In this document: piece by piece, positions 1-12,530 of the stretch | Numbering within the stretch: the stretch's first letter is position 1 | Layout: every line of letters begins with the position of its first letter | Source of the DNA: Octopus sinensis | Lineage: Eukaryota | Length of the DNA: 64,000 nt | NCBI RefSeq assembly: GCF_006345805.1 | Contig: NC_043006.1 | Span: 68,262,001-68,326,000, forward strand | Direction: 5' to 3' | Made by a program: the position numbers and the translations under genes | The notes under the pieces: model-generated | The model's database searches: none | What the model saw: only the letters and a program-made list of their open reading frames with translations | Told to the model about the DNA's origin: nothing

Positions 1-420
1 TATAAATACCTTTCAAATGGCATAGATTACGATTATAAAGAAATTTGTGGGAAAAATTATTTCTGGAGGGTGGGGAGAAGAGTTTCGGATCAGGAAGACC
101 ACATAAGTTCATTTTTTTTTTACTCCCTTCCATCTCCCCTCCAGACCAATTTTGGCCAATTTTTTGCACTTAAAAACTATGGGAGGAGCTTTTATGATAA
201 AAAAAGAAAGAAAATTGTAAATATTTTCAGAGGGAAAAGTGTAATTTAATGGAGATTTGGCGGTCATCTCTAGCACATCCCAAGACAACCCACCTTGTTT
301 CTGCCTCACTGGTGCATGATTTGATGTTTTGCCATATTTTTCTCCATATAAACACATTTATGCTATTAAAAAGTATTTGAAAATTTGATTTTCAATCCTA
401 CTCCCTACTCCTGATTGTCT
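1..420 (+). repeat. Arm of a foldback/MITE-like inverted repeat family
   Basis: 1-90 (aaatacctttcaaatggcatagattacgattataaag...) recurs inverted at ~3770-3860 and ~4775-4870 and direct at ~3970-4075. 370-420 matches the reverse complement of ~3630-3690. Confidence 0.6.
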
Positions 421-876
421 CTGATTATAATCTATAATAATAAATGCCAAAACAAATTTCTGTGTGTCAGTGTGTCACACTTTGATCCCCCCTCTCTCAC
501 TATTCAATAACATTTCTTCTACTCCTCTTGCTGGGATGAGAGTAATAGTAGGCATAGAGACAGTGAGGACAGTAGTACATTGACAGTTGAGATGGTAATG
601 GGGTGATAATAGCATGAACTGTAGTTGTGATAGAGGCAGAGGCAACGGTGATGGTAGCTGGGGTGTCAAGGGACGTGAAAGACAGAGGTGATGGTGGTGG
701 AGGGTAAGGTGGCAAAGTCAAATGTGTTGGTGTTGGTGGTGTCAGAAGTCTGAATGGTGTGTAGGGCAGTTGTGGTGGCGATGGTGGTGATACTGCTGAT
801 GGTGATGGTTGAAAACAATCAACAGAAAGAGAGAGAGACAGGTTAGACAGAAAAAAAAATGTACCTAAGTTGGAGG

Positions 877-3546
877 TAGGCCTTGAAACCGGTTTTATAT
901 TATGATCAGTAAAACCAAAACAGATTCGCCAAAATCGATTTTAATGCTTGCTGTTTCTATTTATTTTTTTTCGCAAAACATTTCTCCATTTTTTTCTTTT
1001 CATGAAATATCATTGAAACTGAACTAACTGAACTGTTGTCGGTTGCCTTTAGTTGAGAGTGCTGGCTGTTTCATTGAAACATATCGCAACATATCAATTC
1101 TCACCTTCTCTCCCCTTGAACCTTAGATCAGCACCTTGTCATTTCCTTCGCTGACTCTTTGAATTTGGAGGTAACAGAGTTTATTCATAGAAAGTCAAGG
1201 GGATGCTGTTAATCTTCAGTCAGTTGATCTTTCTTGTTGAGCATATGTAATAACCAGTTCTAGATCCATTTCAAGGAAGTAATACTAACTAAATTTTTTC
1301 TTAATTACTTTCATTAGCCCTAGCATGATAAAAAGAAAATCAACTGTTTGGAATTTTTTTGATAGGAAAAACAAAGATGAAGCTCAATGCAATAAGTGTG
1401 ATAAGATCACGAAGTCTTCTGGAGGATCTACTACATCTCTGATCTTGCACTTGAAGAAAATTCATCAAATTGACATATATCAAGATGCAAACCAGCCTCC
1501 AGTGAAAATGACAAGAACAATGGAACACTTTTTAACAAAGAAATCAATGGAAGAAGAAATTTCAAAGTTAGCTGCTATGGATGGATTCTCTTTCAATTCA
1601 ATCGCGAAAAGCGATTTTGTACAGAGAAATATCTTCATAGTCAGAGAGGCAAATATGATAAATTATAACCAACATCTGCAAACGGAGTCAGGAATATGGT
1701 AATGAATTATTACATAACCAAGAAAGAAGAACTTATTCATTATTTCGAAAGAGAAGTAGTGCTAGGGATTCGTTACTCATTGACATTAAATGAATACACA
1801 TCAATTCAAAATAAACGATATATGAACATAAATGTTCATGGGAAAGACAATCATTGATCATTGGGTCTTATTGAGATCCATGGCTCCCTTAATAGCAGGA
1901 GAACAGAGCAATTTGTGAGAGGACATCTTCATGAATTTGGATTGGATTTGGATATACACATTGTTGGCTGTACGACGGATGATGCTTCTATGATGATGAA
2001 ATTCAGAAAAGAAATAAGACCTGATCACCAACAATGTCTCACACATTGCATACATCTGTCTGTGATTGACATTCTCTATCAAAAAAATATTGAAAATATT
2101 GCCTCAACTGATGAGACTGATAAAAAAAGTGAAGAGATTGCTATAACAGACGATAGTGATGATGAAGCTGACATAAGCCAACAAGACATACTTTTTCAAA
2201 CAGATTTGGCTCACGAAAATGCTTGTTTTCCCCAGCTAAAACCTGAATTTAACAAAGTTTTAAATAAGGTAAGAAAAATTTCAAAACTTTTCTGTAAATC
2301 TCCTACAAAAAATGAAATTTTGCAAGATTTTGTACGAGCGAACTTTGATAACAGAGAATATAAACTTATACTGGATTGCAGAACTAGTTGGAACAACACA
2401 TTCCATATGATTGAGAGATTTTTGAAATTGAAAAGCTGCATTCCAAATGCTCTACGAGCAGTACTTTCCACAGATGCCGTAACTGACAAAGAATGGAAAT
2501 CTCTTGATTTACTATATGAAATTCTGCATCCAGTAGAAATTATTTTGAAGGCTATTTGCGCTGATGATATGGATTTACTGAAAGCGGAATATTCTATAGA
2601 ATTTTTATTGAATAAACTTAATATCGTCGGCAACCCTTTGGCTCTAAATCTTCGTGAAAGAATTATGCATAGATATAATAAGAGAAGAAATGTCAAAACC
2701 TTGACTCTCTTGAGGTATTTACATAACCCAAGGAAGTTTAAAGGTGAATCAATTTCTGGACCTTTTCTTTTTTTAACGAAAAAACATTTAAGGAAGAATG
2801 CTGAACAAACATATAGGAGATTATTTCCTGAACATGATGCTGAGCACACAACAGAATTATACAAAGAAAATGAAATAGGAGGGAACCTAAAAACAAGTGT
2901 TACTGTTGTCCCATCTACTTACAGAGGTAATGAACTCATGCATGAATACACAAGCGCAATGAAGAAAATGAATGAAGAGCCCAAGATAGTAACAGATGGA
3001 TTTGAAATCTCTAAAGAATTTGAATATTTTGAAGCAACTTTGAACAGAAGTGAAAAGCTCGAGAAACTTTATATAGCATTGCTTACAACTAAAGCAACTA
3101 GTGTCCAGTCAGAAAGAGCTTTTTCAATTACTGGACTTTTCAACACAAAAATTAGGACTGGTTTGTCAGGTAAAACACTGAATGCATTGTGTTTTTTAAA
3201 AGATTATTTTGGAAGGAAAGTGAATCATCAAGCAAGTCAAGAAACTTGATTGATTCTCAAATGTACAATGACTTGGAAAAACGTTGCATTCCTGATTAAA
3301 TAAATATAATACCATTATTTTTTGTTATTGTTTGTACATAGATACAGATACAGGCACCATCAACATATTTGTGGATATCAGTCAACCTGTTACTTTTTCT
3401 CTTTCTGTGTATTTATATAAACAAATTGCAATATACGACAAACTTCTTCATTACAGGGACACCACTCTAAATCCATGAAAACCGGTTTTGAGAATTACTT
3501 ATACTTAAACTCAGTTTTGGGAATTATCGGTTTTTTGCAAGCCCTC
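877..3546 (+). mobile_element. hAT-superfamily DNA transposon (defective)
   Basis: Imperfect terminal inverted repeats (taggccttgaaaccgg at 877; reverse complement gagggcttgcaaaaaaccg ending 3546) with subterminal aaaccggtttt repeats enclose a hAT transposase. The 8-bp flanks match only 5/8. Confidence 0.7.
1325..3249 (+). pseudogene. hAT transposase pseudogene (BED zinc finger + DDE + hATC dimerisation domain)
   Basis: BED finger VWNFF..C..C..STTSLILHLKKIH, then SLTLNEYTS, TTDDASMM, LILDCRTSWNNTFHMIERFL and SVQSERAFS. One frameshift near 1630-1700, a TGA just before 1861, and the first catalytic Asp reads Asn. Confidence 0.9.
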
Positions 3547-3619
3547 ATTGGGAGTAAAAATTTTAATTACCATTTTTTTGTTGATGCAACCAATGGAGCA
3601 TGCATGTGGTCCATTGGTA

Positions 3620-4130
3620 TCATCATTAAGCAGGGAGGGGAGTAAAAAAAATCAAATTTCCAAACCATTTTCTAAAGATGCTCCCCATCATTTTGAAGGC
3701 TGTGGTGAAAGCAATTGGAAAAATCCCTATCAAAACGGAGAAATTCCAACTTATGTGTTCTTGATCCAAAACTCTTCTCCCCACACCCTCAGAAAAAGAT
3801 TTCCCCCTACAAATGTCTTTATAATTGTAATCTATACCGTTTGAAAAGTATTTGTATAAACTTTCATTAAGAGATACCCATTTTCCTGAAAGTTATGACG
3901 GGAAAAAATCCCCAAATCCACTCCCCACCCATTCGGAATTAGGAAAATGGGGTTTTTTCAATGAAATTTTATAGAAATACCTTTCAAACGGCATACATTA
4001 CGATTATAAAGCAATTTGTGGGTAAAATCTTTTCCATGGGGCTGGGGAGAGGACTTCTAAAAATTCACAAGATCAGAGTTTTTCCCTAACTTTTAAGAAA
4101 ATGGGGGTTTTTCAATGAAATTTTATATGT
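3620..4130. repeat. Imperfect palindrome of foldback repeat arms centred near 3915
   Basis: tttgaaaagtatttgtataaactttcatt...cccattttcct is mirrored by aggaaaatgggg...aatgaaattttatagaaatacctttcaaa. Confidence 0.6.
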
Positions 4131-4294
4131 ATCCTGGGATCGATATATCCAGTTATTTTAGCAGGTATGTAAAAGATATTTTGTTTTAAAACACTGACTT
4201 GCTTCACACAAACATGTTTTTTTTTGTGTCCAGACATCGTTACCACTAATTTTTATAACTTCAGCAAAGTGCACCTGTAAAAATTTAATGTGTC

Positions 4295-4330
4295 TGTGTA
4301 TATATATATATATATATATAAATAATATTA

Positions 4331-4376
<46 letters not shown>

Positions 4377-4412
4377 TGTGTGTGTGTGTTTATATATATA
4401 TATATATAATAT

Positions 4413-4475
<63 letters not shown>

Positions 4476-4506
4476 ATAGATGTATATAATATATTCATAT
4501 ATGTAT

Positions 4507-4544
<38 letters not shown>

Positions 4545-4577
4545 GTAGTTAGATAGATAGAGAGAGAGAGAGAGAGT
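4295..4577. repeat. Compound microsatellite (TA)n/(TG)n/(TC)n/(GA)n
   Basis: Read directly from the sequence. Confidence 0.95.
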
Positions 4578-6267
4578 AATAACGAGTGGATGAGAATAAC
4601 GCCTGAATGGTTAAAAAAGTGTAAAAAAAACTGAAGCCAAAGCATTAAAAATTATCGAAAGTGGGTAGAAATAAACACTACGTAGTGTAGTAGAACTACG
4701 CTAGGGTATCTGTAGAAAGTTGAATGTGATTTCGGAATATAACGAGGAAAAATTCGGATGTTGAGAATTTTCCGAAAGTCCTCTCCCCTCCTCAAGATTT
4801 TCCCCACAAATTACTTTATAATCGTAATGTATGCCGTTTGAAAGGTATTTATAGAGAATTTCATTGAAAAAAAAAACAAAACAAACAAGATTTTCCTAAA
4901 AGTTACAAGAGAAAAACACCCAAAGAAGTTCATACAGCTGTATAGTCCGTGGGGTAGTAAAAGTATACAATACGTAATAATTGGTTATATTCCAAACTGT
5001 ATAAAATATTGGGTGCATATAACTTGACTCCGGTTTTCATCATGAATCGATACATTTTCTTAGAGTCAAACGACTTAGTATATATTAAAAAAAACAAAAA
5101 AACCTTTTATAATCACATTTGGGCGGAGTTCCGGAATAGGCACTGTCGCTACTTTATTATTTTTAGGAAAATTTCCTTAGCTTTCCATACCTAAAAAAAC
5201 TAAATAGTATTGGCATTGATATAATCGAGGATATCTCGGGAGATATGAACAAACGGCAACAAATGGGAGCATAGAGTGTATGACCGAGAGTCTCTTTCAT
5301 TGGGATAATTAACAGAGAATGAATGGTATTGATTTCAGATAAATTAACGTAGTGAATTCAACCCATGATAACCTATATTGTAATAGGATTACATTGTCCG
5401 GTGATTTAAGGAAAATCTGACTGCCATTTCAATTAAGTCGAGCAATCTCGTTGGGTCACGAATGGTGTCAGGCCATTTGTGTAGACCTAGTTAAGGGTAT
5501 TCGAGAGATGATCAGCAAATCTTTTTTAGAGGCATGTAGGACTAATTACACACAGTTTTTTTGTTTTGTTTTTTTGTAGATGATAGAATGATTTGAGAGA
5601 TTTGGTTGCTATTTCTAGCAAGACGGCGACTATATATAGAGGCCGTCGCACATAAGGAATGTGTTGGGATGCGGCGAAATCAGTAGACAGGAAAGGCGGT
5701 GACCGTGATACAGACAGTGACACAAACAGTAACAGTGACACAAACGTACAGAAAGGAAATAAATAGGCAAGAATAAAAAGCAGTCAATAGGACAATGGGG
5801 GAGCATTTGATCATGTCAAATCGCACAATGTGAATGATTTAATGTTTGACTGCAGACAGTAGTAATTAAACAAACGAACAGATAAATGTATAGCTACAGA
5901 CATGCACAAAAATACAAAGTATGAAAACAGATAGATATAGAGTTGCATGTTACAAACCTAGGAGGTAACTGTGTCCAATATTTGAGGTGTCGGTCTAGAT
6001 ATTGACCTATTCACGGGAGATAACGCCCATTGTTAAGTTGAATTGTTGAATTACCGTTCTTGATGGATGGTTCCCGACCGAACTTTTAAATATGCCTCTG
6101 CTTCGCTTCGGATCAGAGGTACTACAACAATAAAATAACTTTTAAAACGCAGAACAGGTTTGATGACGTTTTAATGTATCATTGGTTTAGATAAGCTTCA
6201 TTAACTGCTCTCTCTATCTTTCTCTCTTACGCGCGCGCACGTACGTATGTTGCTTGAAGCTTAGGGA

Positions 6268-6390
6268 TAAATAATAATAATAATGAAATTATTGTATACA
6301 GTGCTCAGGTGCACCACAACTTGTCAAAGGTGCGTATAAAGCACATGCAGTAATGTACAAATGTCTGGAAAGTGAACAGTCTATGAGTCG
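6268..6390 (-). mobile_element. 3' tail fragment of the CR1-like LINE family seen at 19900-22583
   Basis: Reverse complement of 22490-22583 (gtggtgcacctgagcactgtatacaataatttcattattattat). Confidence 0.85.
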
Positions 6391-8163
6391 TAGAGTTGAA
6401 GCGAAGCAATTTTATCCAACGCTTTAACGTTTGATAAAATTACTTCGCTCTATTTCTTTTTTAGTTTGTGATGTCTTTCCATCGTCAATAAAACTTTACT
6501 TTCAACTTTTGGTAGTCAAGTATTATCTTTTCCACCTTGTTTTGCCCTTTTGTGTTCACATGTGTTGTGTTGCGCGCGCGTGTGTGTGTGTGTGTTTGAA
6601 TCAATCTATAGGCGATCCATATGCTGTCAACACCCGCTAAATGGAGGGCTAGACATGCCGTGGTTGATGATGTGCAGACATGCGCTGAGACTGCGACATC
6701 TCCGACGCTTCATAGACCATAGACGACGGTGAACAGGTGTGGTCGCCGTTTGTGCAGCGCGCTTTCCCGCAGCTCGTCTCCTTGACCGAACTGCAGTCGT
6801 GGATCAAATAGAGGCCAAGGCTAGGCGAATGGCACAGCGAGTGTCGCGTTGCTCTCAAGTAACTGCCGTCCGGGATCAAATATTTGCGTTCATACCAAAA
6901 TATTTACCAATTTTTGTCCTTCCATTTATTTTTTTCAGTTTATGGAAGTCAATATTTTCTCTGTTGATATCCACCTCAACGAGGTCATGGATCAAGTGGA
7001 AACACATCAATCAATGTTCCCTCTTAACAGGACAAAGACATTTTCTGCTGTCTTTGCAAACAACAGGCTGGTGGATTTTGTTTCAAATCCAGGCTGGGCC
7101 AAACGAGGTCCTACATGTTATTTATAATAATATGGGACGTTATATCGGGGTTGAAAGTATGGCGCGTACAATATTAAATATGCTAAGACAATCTGAAAAC
7201 AATAGAAACTTTTAAACATTTATCGGTTTTTATGAAATTTTTGTGTTAAGGGGCTTGAGTTAACAGAAGCTAAATGTGACGGAAATTAATTAGTCTGGTA
7301 ATGATTTTCAAAGTTGGCTTAAAATTTAAATCGTTAATGAAAATGTTAATTAACGAACTTACGCCCCTCTGTCTGTCTGTATGGGGTGATCCAAAAGTTC
7401 TGTTACATTTTTTAAAGTTCTTAGTTTAACATAAAAATCGTAGCAGTTTTGTTATTATTTTATATCGTTTTAAAGAATTTTTTTGTCTTCTTTCAGGTTC
7501 TGAACTCATCTTTAAGCTAAGAGATATAGTTTTGTCTAAAATTAGAATGGAACGTGAAGATCTGCGGTAGTTGAGCTATATCAAGCTGGCAAGTCGCCAT
7601 CAGAAATTTTGAATCTTCTCAATTGGTCGAAAACGAAACGAACATTCATTTATCGAACCATCAATCGATTAAGGGACACTGGTGAAGTTTAAGATCGAGT
7701 GAAAATAGGACGTCCCAAGTCAATCAGGACTTCCAGGCTAAAAAAAAAAAATTCTAATTTCTCAGAAATCCAAAGTGCTCCATGAAAAGGATGGCGGTTG
7801 AACTGGACGTTTCAAGAGAATCTTTGAAGCAAGCTGCCAAAAGCAACATGGGACTTGCTTCATTTAATTACCGTAAAGTTCACAGCCTAACAACTGCTTC
7901 AAAGGGGAAAATGACTCACAAGAAGTCATGTACTACTTAAGCGGCTCGATACTCATGGCTTGGGCAATGTGCTCTTCACAGAAAAGAGTAGTTGCTCACT
8001 GTTGAAGGAGCTCACAACAGCCAAAATGATAGGATCCTTGCGGAAAAAGCTCAGTCATTGCCATATCCTAAAAATATTGAATTATTATAACGCCCACTTC
8101 GGTATACAGTATACTTATTAAACAAGTAAATACACAAGTATCTCAGACCGGCTACTACGTATT

Positions 8164-9886
8164 CTGATTCTTTATTATCTATAAAGGACGAAACATAGAG
8201 GGGAACGATACAATCGGGGGAACATAAAATAACAAAAGAGGATGAATAAAGACGACGAAATTAATAAAAAAAAGGAATTATGATAAGATGTTATAATGAT
8301 GCGCAATGCCCACTCGATTCCTGAAATGGAGTGGTTACATTTGGTCAGTCTTTTCCCTTAACTGATTTTCTCATAGATTATCAATTTCACAATTACAACT
8401 ACAGTTCGCAAAATTTACAAAAAAATAAATTTCACAAACAAAGTTTTTTTTTCCCCGACAGTTTTTCTCTTTTCTTTAATTTCAGATATAGTCTATCTTT
8501 TCAACTCGTCATAATCCATTACGAGAGACGGCCGATCCATCAACCGACACCTCTTGTCTTCTAGTATATTCTTTTTGGCGACCTCGATGAAATTGGCGTA
8601 ACAGTCTGCATGGACTAAAACACCAATCTCATCTTCATCATACTTAGTTCCCATCCTAACCCTTGTTACTCCCTTCATTCTCGATAATTTTTTCTCTATT
8701 TCATAGGAGCTTTTGTAAATTACAAATGCTCCAGAAAATTCAACTGTATCATTACCTTTGTTTTCCGCTGAGTCTTCCATCGTCTTCGATCTTTTTCTAC
8801 TTTTGGGACTGGTAGCTCCTTTGCTGTCTTCTTTTGATTTTTCTATTTCTCTCTTATTGTTGTCTTTTTTGTTTTCTTTCTCTTTCAGTGTACTGTTTTT
8901 TCCTAACTTTTTTCCTTCTGTTTGAACTTTCTCTTGTTGCTGTTGTTTCTTTTCTTCCTTTTCTGTTGTCTCTTTACCTTGTAAATTCATATAATGGACA
9001 CTCAGTCCTTATATGTCCTCTAGTTCCGCACAGACAACAGTTGGGTCTCCTTCCTTCGACAATATTTATCGTTGGTCCATTTTCCACTTCTATCTGGAAG
9101 GGGATTCTCTCTATGTCTTCTGTTGTGGCCATAAGCCACATCTCGACACTGAATCCCCTCCAGTTCACTATATTAGTTTCGGTAACTATACCCAGTTCGG
9201 GTTCGTCTTTTGTAGAACCTAGAATCGCTATCACCAGCCATTCTGTTTTTATTTCCGGCGGTATTGTTCGGAATCTTAATCCTTATGCTTCTTTTTCCCT
9301 TATAAAAGGGTAACATTGTAAACCTTTCAGTTCTGAATATCGTGGTGGATAGCGAGGCCGCCCCATTCACTTGTGGCAAACCTCACCTCCACCGTACTGA
9401 ACGTTTTCCCTCTGCTGGCGTATGTTGCTCTTTCCATTACGTCTCCAAGACACTTTTCTATTTCTTCTTCTGATATCCATGTTATTTTCTTTGTGTTGGT
9501 ATATTGAATTTTATATATAATGGTCTTAATGTTTTTATCCTCTGTTGTTTCTGCTGGAGGGATCAACTTGGTGCTTTCTCCCTCCCTTCTCACGTGCTGT
9601 TCGCTTTTTTGTATTTCTTCTTTATCAATTGTAATAGTCTTTTTAAAACCCAGTGACGCGACACTTCTTGTTGCAGCAACCCTCGCATAGGTATCCATGA
9701 CAGAGGGACGACGTCTTTTCTTTCACCTAAAATGAGAAAACAATAGAACGGTATGCAGCAGCAAGCGCCTGGCGCGATTCGTTCTCGTTACGACGTTTTT
9801 ACAATTTTTTCACACACAAAAGACGCAACGTCTTCAACGCACGAGCTCAGGAGCTTATAAAAATACACGCCTTCTCCAGTCAACGC
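8164..9886 (-). mobile_element. ORF1-only Tx1/L1-like non-autonomous retroelement E1 (decayed, about 3 frameshifts), 1723 bp
   Basis: ORF pieces 9327-9698, 9173-9379, 8974-9234 and 8493-8990 join into an ORF1 with the knuckle CCLCGTRGHIRTEC. The element ends AATAAAGAATCAG and is flanked by the 12-bp direct repeat ctactacgtatt (8152-8163, 9887-9898). No ORF2. Confidence 0.8.
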
Positions 9887-9898
9887 CTACTACGTATT

Positions 9899-10744
9899 GA
9901 TTCTTTATTTTGGCACTCAGGCCACTTAACACAGAGGGGACACAACAAGGACAGACACAACACCACAGTGGGGACAATAAACATATAACGAATGAATATG
10001 AATTATATAATAATGAAAGCTGAATGGCCGCATGGGCCCCACTCCTCATACAGTACCATTAGAACGTTTGTACACACACTGTCTGTTGATCATTTTTTTC
10101 CCTTTGATTATCGTTTTTTTTCCTATTTCTTCAAACTTTTTCCTTTCTTTTTTCCTCTTTTTTTTTGTTCCTTTTAACGCCTCATATACGGCTCTAACTC
10201 CACCAGATCGATTGCCGGTAGCATCTCATTAAACTCTACCAACGCTCCGGCTGGGTCAGTCCTATTTCCACACATGTCCTTAAGCTTCCTGCATGTTTCT
10301 CTATCGACCACAATGGCCTTTACACTCTCTGGGTACACGTCAAGTTGGTAGCTTTACCCTTATGATGTGCTTGAATTTAACTATTTTCTTCTCCACCTCC
10401 TTATTCTTCAAATAGGTTACAAAATTCCATTGGTTCTTACATCCTCTCGGTCTTCCCCTTTCTTCCTTTACTACCTTTCCTAAGAACAGCTCCTCTATAC
10501 TCTTCTCTGAGTCTGGTACCTTCTCTTTCTCCGTCTCCACCGTAAACAGCTTCTCCATCTCATCCTCCTGTAGTTGCGTTCCTAAGACCTCAGTCAAATC
10601 ACCTGTACACGCTTCCTCCTTCTCTGACTCCTTGTCACACACCTTAATTATTTGATCACTTTCCTTTTCCGTATCCTCTTTCTTTCTCGTCGCTTCTTTC
10701 TTTTCCACCTCTTCTTTCTTTTTTTTTTTTTGGTTAGTCAGATT
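9899..10744 (-). mobile_element. 5'-truncated related ORF1-only element E2, in tandem with E1
   Basis: ORF 10340-10708 ends NFVTYLKNKEVEKKIVKFKHIIRVKL, similar to the E1 C-terminus AFVIYKSSYEIEKKLSRMKGVTRVRM. Its 3' end is ...AATAAAGAATC. A 6-bp cgtatt occurs at both junctions (9893-9898, 10745-10750). Confidence 0.7.
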
Positions 10745-11617
10745 CGTATTTGAACTCTGTTATGGAGTTCGCAACATAGTCTGTCGAGAACACTTTTTCT
10801 GACTTTCCTGACGACTTCAGTAGTTGCTGTATTTATTGCTAATGTACTATGCACAACTTCTAAATAACACGTAGGAGATCGCTTGTAGCACATTACCTAT
10901 TTAAGCAGCATTCCTGCTTAAATCAGGCTCTCTTCTCTAACTGCTTCTTCGAGATACGACAAGATCCACCACGACCTAGAGAGAGCCAGGGACATGAATT
11001 CGATATCTGATTACCTACCAATAGTTCATGGTATTGTGCCCATGGAAAGTTAATCTCGTAGCTTGATTTATTTCTATTTACTGAAAGTCATCATGGAGCA
11101 TGGCAAGTTGTTCAAAACTTTTCTTCTTCCCAAAAAGCTTTATTGAACATTGTATACTCACTATACATGTTCATTTACACATGTTGGAATAAAACCTTGA
11201 ACGTGAAGTTATTTGCACAGAATGAGCGTTGTCGTTATTCCACTGCACATAGGTATTTCATGGTTATTGGATTAATGATTCAGTCCACTTATTAAAGTGT
11301 TGACATTTTTATTAACAACTTTCCATGCTAAATTCTAAATCTCATTGTTCAGTAGCGGCTTTGAAGGGGTCTCTGCAGCGTGAATGGGATAAAATACCAC
11401 TAGAGGTCTTGTGAGCCACTGTTGAACCTGGGCCTGGTAAACTTAAGGCTGTAATAAAGAAACAAGGCGGATTTACTGAATAATATTTAGCTGTAACATT
11501 GCTGAAAATGTTAAAAACTAGTGTGTAAGTAAATTGATTCAGATTTGGCTGAAATACATCGTTTAACCCTTGTAACCGAACTTTTGGGTCACCATGTATA
11601 CATATTCTTTTATACTT

Positions 11618-11765
11618 TTATTTGTTTCAGTCATTTGACTGCGACCATGCTGGGGCACCACCTTTTAGTCGAAGAAATCGACCCCAGCACTTATTCTTTG
11701 TAAGCTTGGTAAACACACCCTCATCGGTTGTCAAGAGGTGAAAGGGGGGCAAACACAGACACACA
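11618..11765 (-). mobile_element. Cephalopod tRNA-derived SINE, 3' part
   Basis: ttgtttcagtcatttgactgcgaccatgctgg...aaatcgacccc; same family as 58183-58576. Confidence 0.75.
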
Positions 11766-12365
11766 AATATATATATATATAATATAAATAATATATAAAT
11801 ATATGCATATATACATACATATATGTACATACCTACATATATATATATACATGCATATATGGGCATAGGACATAAAAAAAACGTTGAACACAATGAGAAC
11901 TGAAAACATAAAAATATAGAAACGAACTTTTTTTTCAAACAACGAAAAAAACCCGAAGAAACGAGACATACAACATAAAGAATATTCCCCTTTTTCAGTT
12001 GTCCCTGTTTCATCTACTCCGCGTTTCGAAGGTAAGGATAAGACGTGACTTCATTGAAACAGTCCTTCCTGCAAAGCAAATTAAATAAAATTTGGGATTT
12101 TTTTTGGACGGTGAACGTGGTAACAAGAACAGGACAGTGAAAACAAAACAGTAAAAGCAATAAAAAAGTAAAAACAGTAAAAGACAGAACAATGAGAACA
12201 AAACAGTAAAAAAAAAAACGATGAGGGCTGTTAGGCAAAGACGATGGAAAAATTATTATGAATGCTTAAGGAGACGAGCTTATGAAGAGACGGGATAAGC
12301 CCGTTTAGTCTTTGTGAAGGTAGTGGTTGGAAAGATAGCTTCCTTCTCATCACGTATATATGTAC

Positions 12366-12530
12366 AGGAGTGGGTGTGTTAAGCAAGCTACTTACCAACT
12401 ACATGGTTCTCGGTTCAGTCCGACTGTGTGGCACCTTGGTCAAGTATCTTTTACTATAGCCTTGGGCCGACCAAAGCCTTGTGAGTGGATTTGGTAGACG
12501 GAAACTGAAAGAAGCCTGTCGTATATATAT
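12366..12530 (+). mobile_element. tRNA-derived SINE head/body
   Basis: aggagtggg..ggttcagtcc..ccttggtcaagtatctt..gaaactgaaagaagcc followed by (TA)n; repeated at ~14080, ~36100 and 58183-58576. Confidence 0.8.

Larger units (their letters stand above)
7382..11596 (+). mobile_element. Tc1/mariner (maT/DD37D-like) transposon remnant, interrupted by ~3.2 kb of nested insertions
   Basis: 26-bp TIRs (tggggtgatccaaaagttctgttaca; right end tgtaaccgaacttttgggtcaccatg) flanked by TA. N-terminal transposase remnants at ~7545-8060 (VELYQAGKSPSEILNLL..GRPKSIRT..TVEGAHNSQNDRILA) and C-terminal remnant at ~11340-11485 (ALKGSLQREWDKIP..KLKAVIKKQGGFTE*). Confidence 0.8.

Noticed and set aside
869-3554. 8-bp TSD for the hAT element (gttggagg vs attgggag)
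   Set aside because: Only 5/8 positions match, so it cannot be claimed as a TSD; the boundaries rest on the imperfect TIRs.
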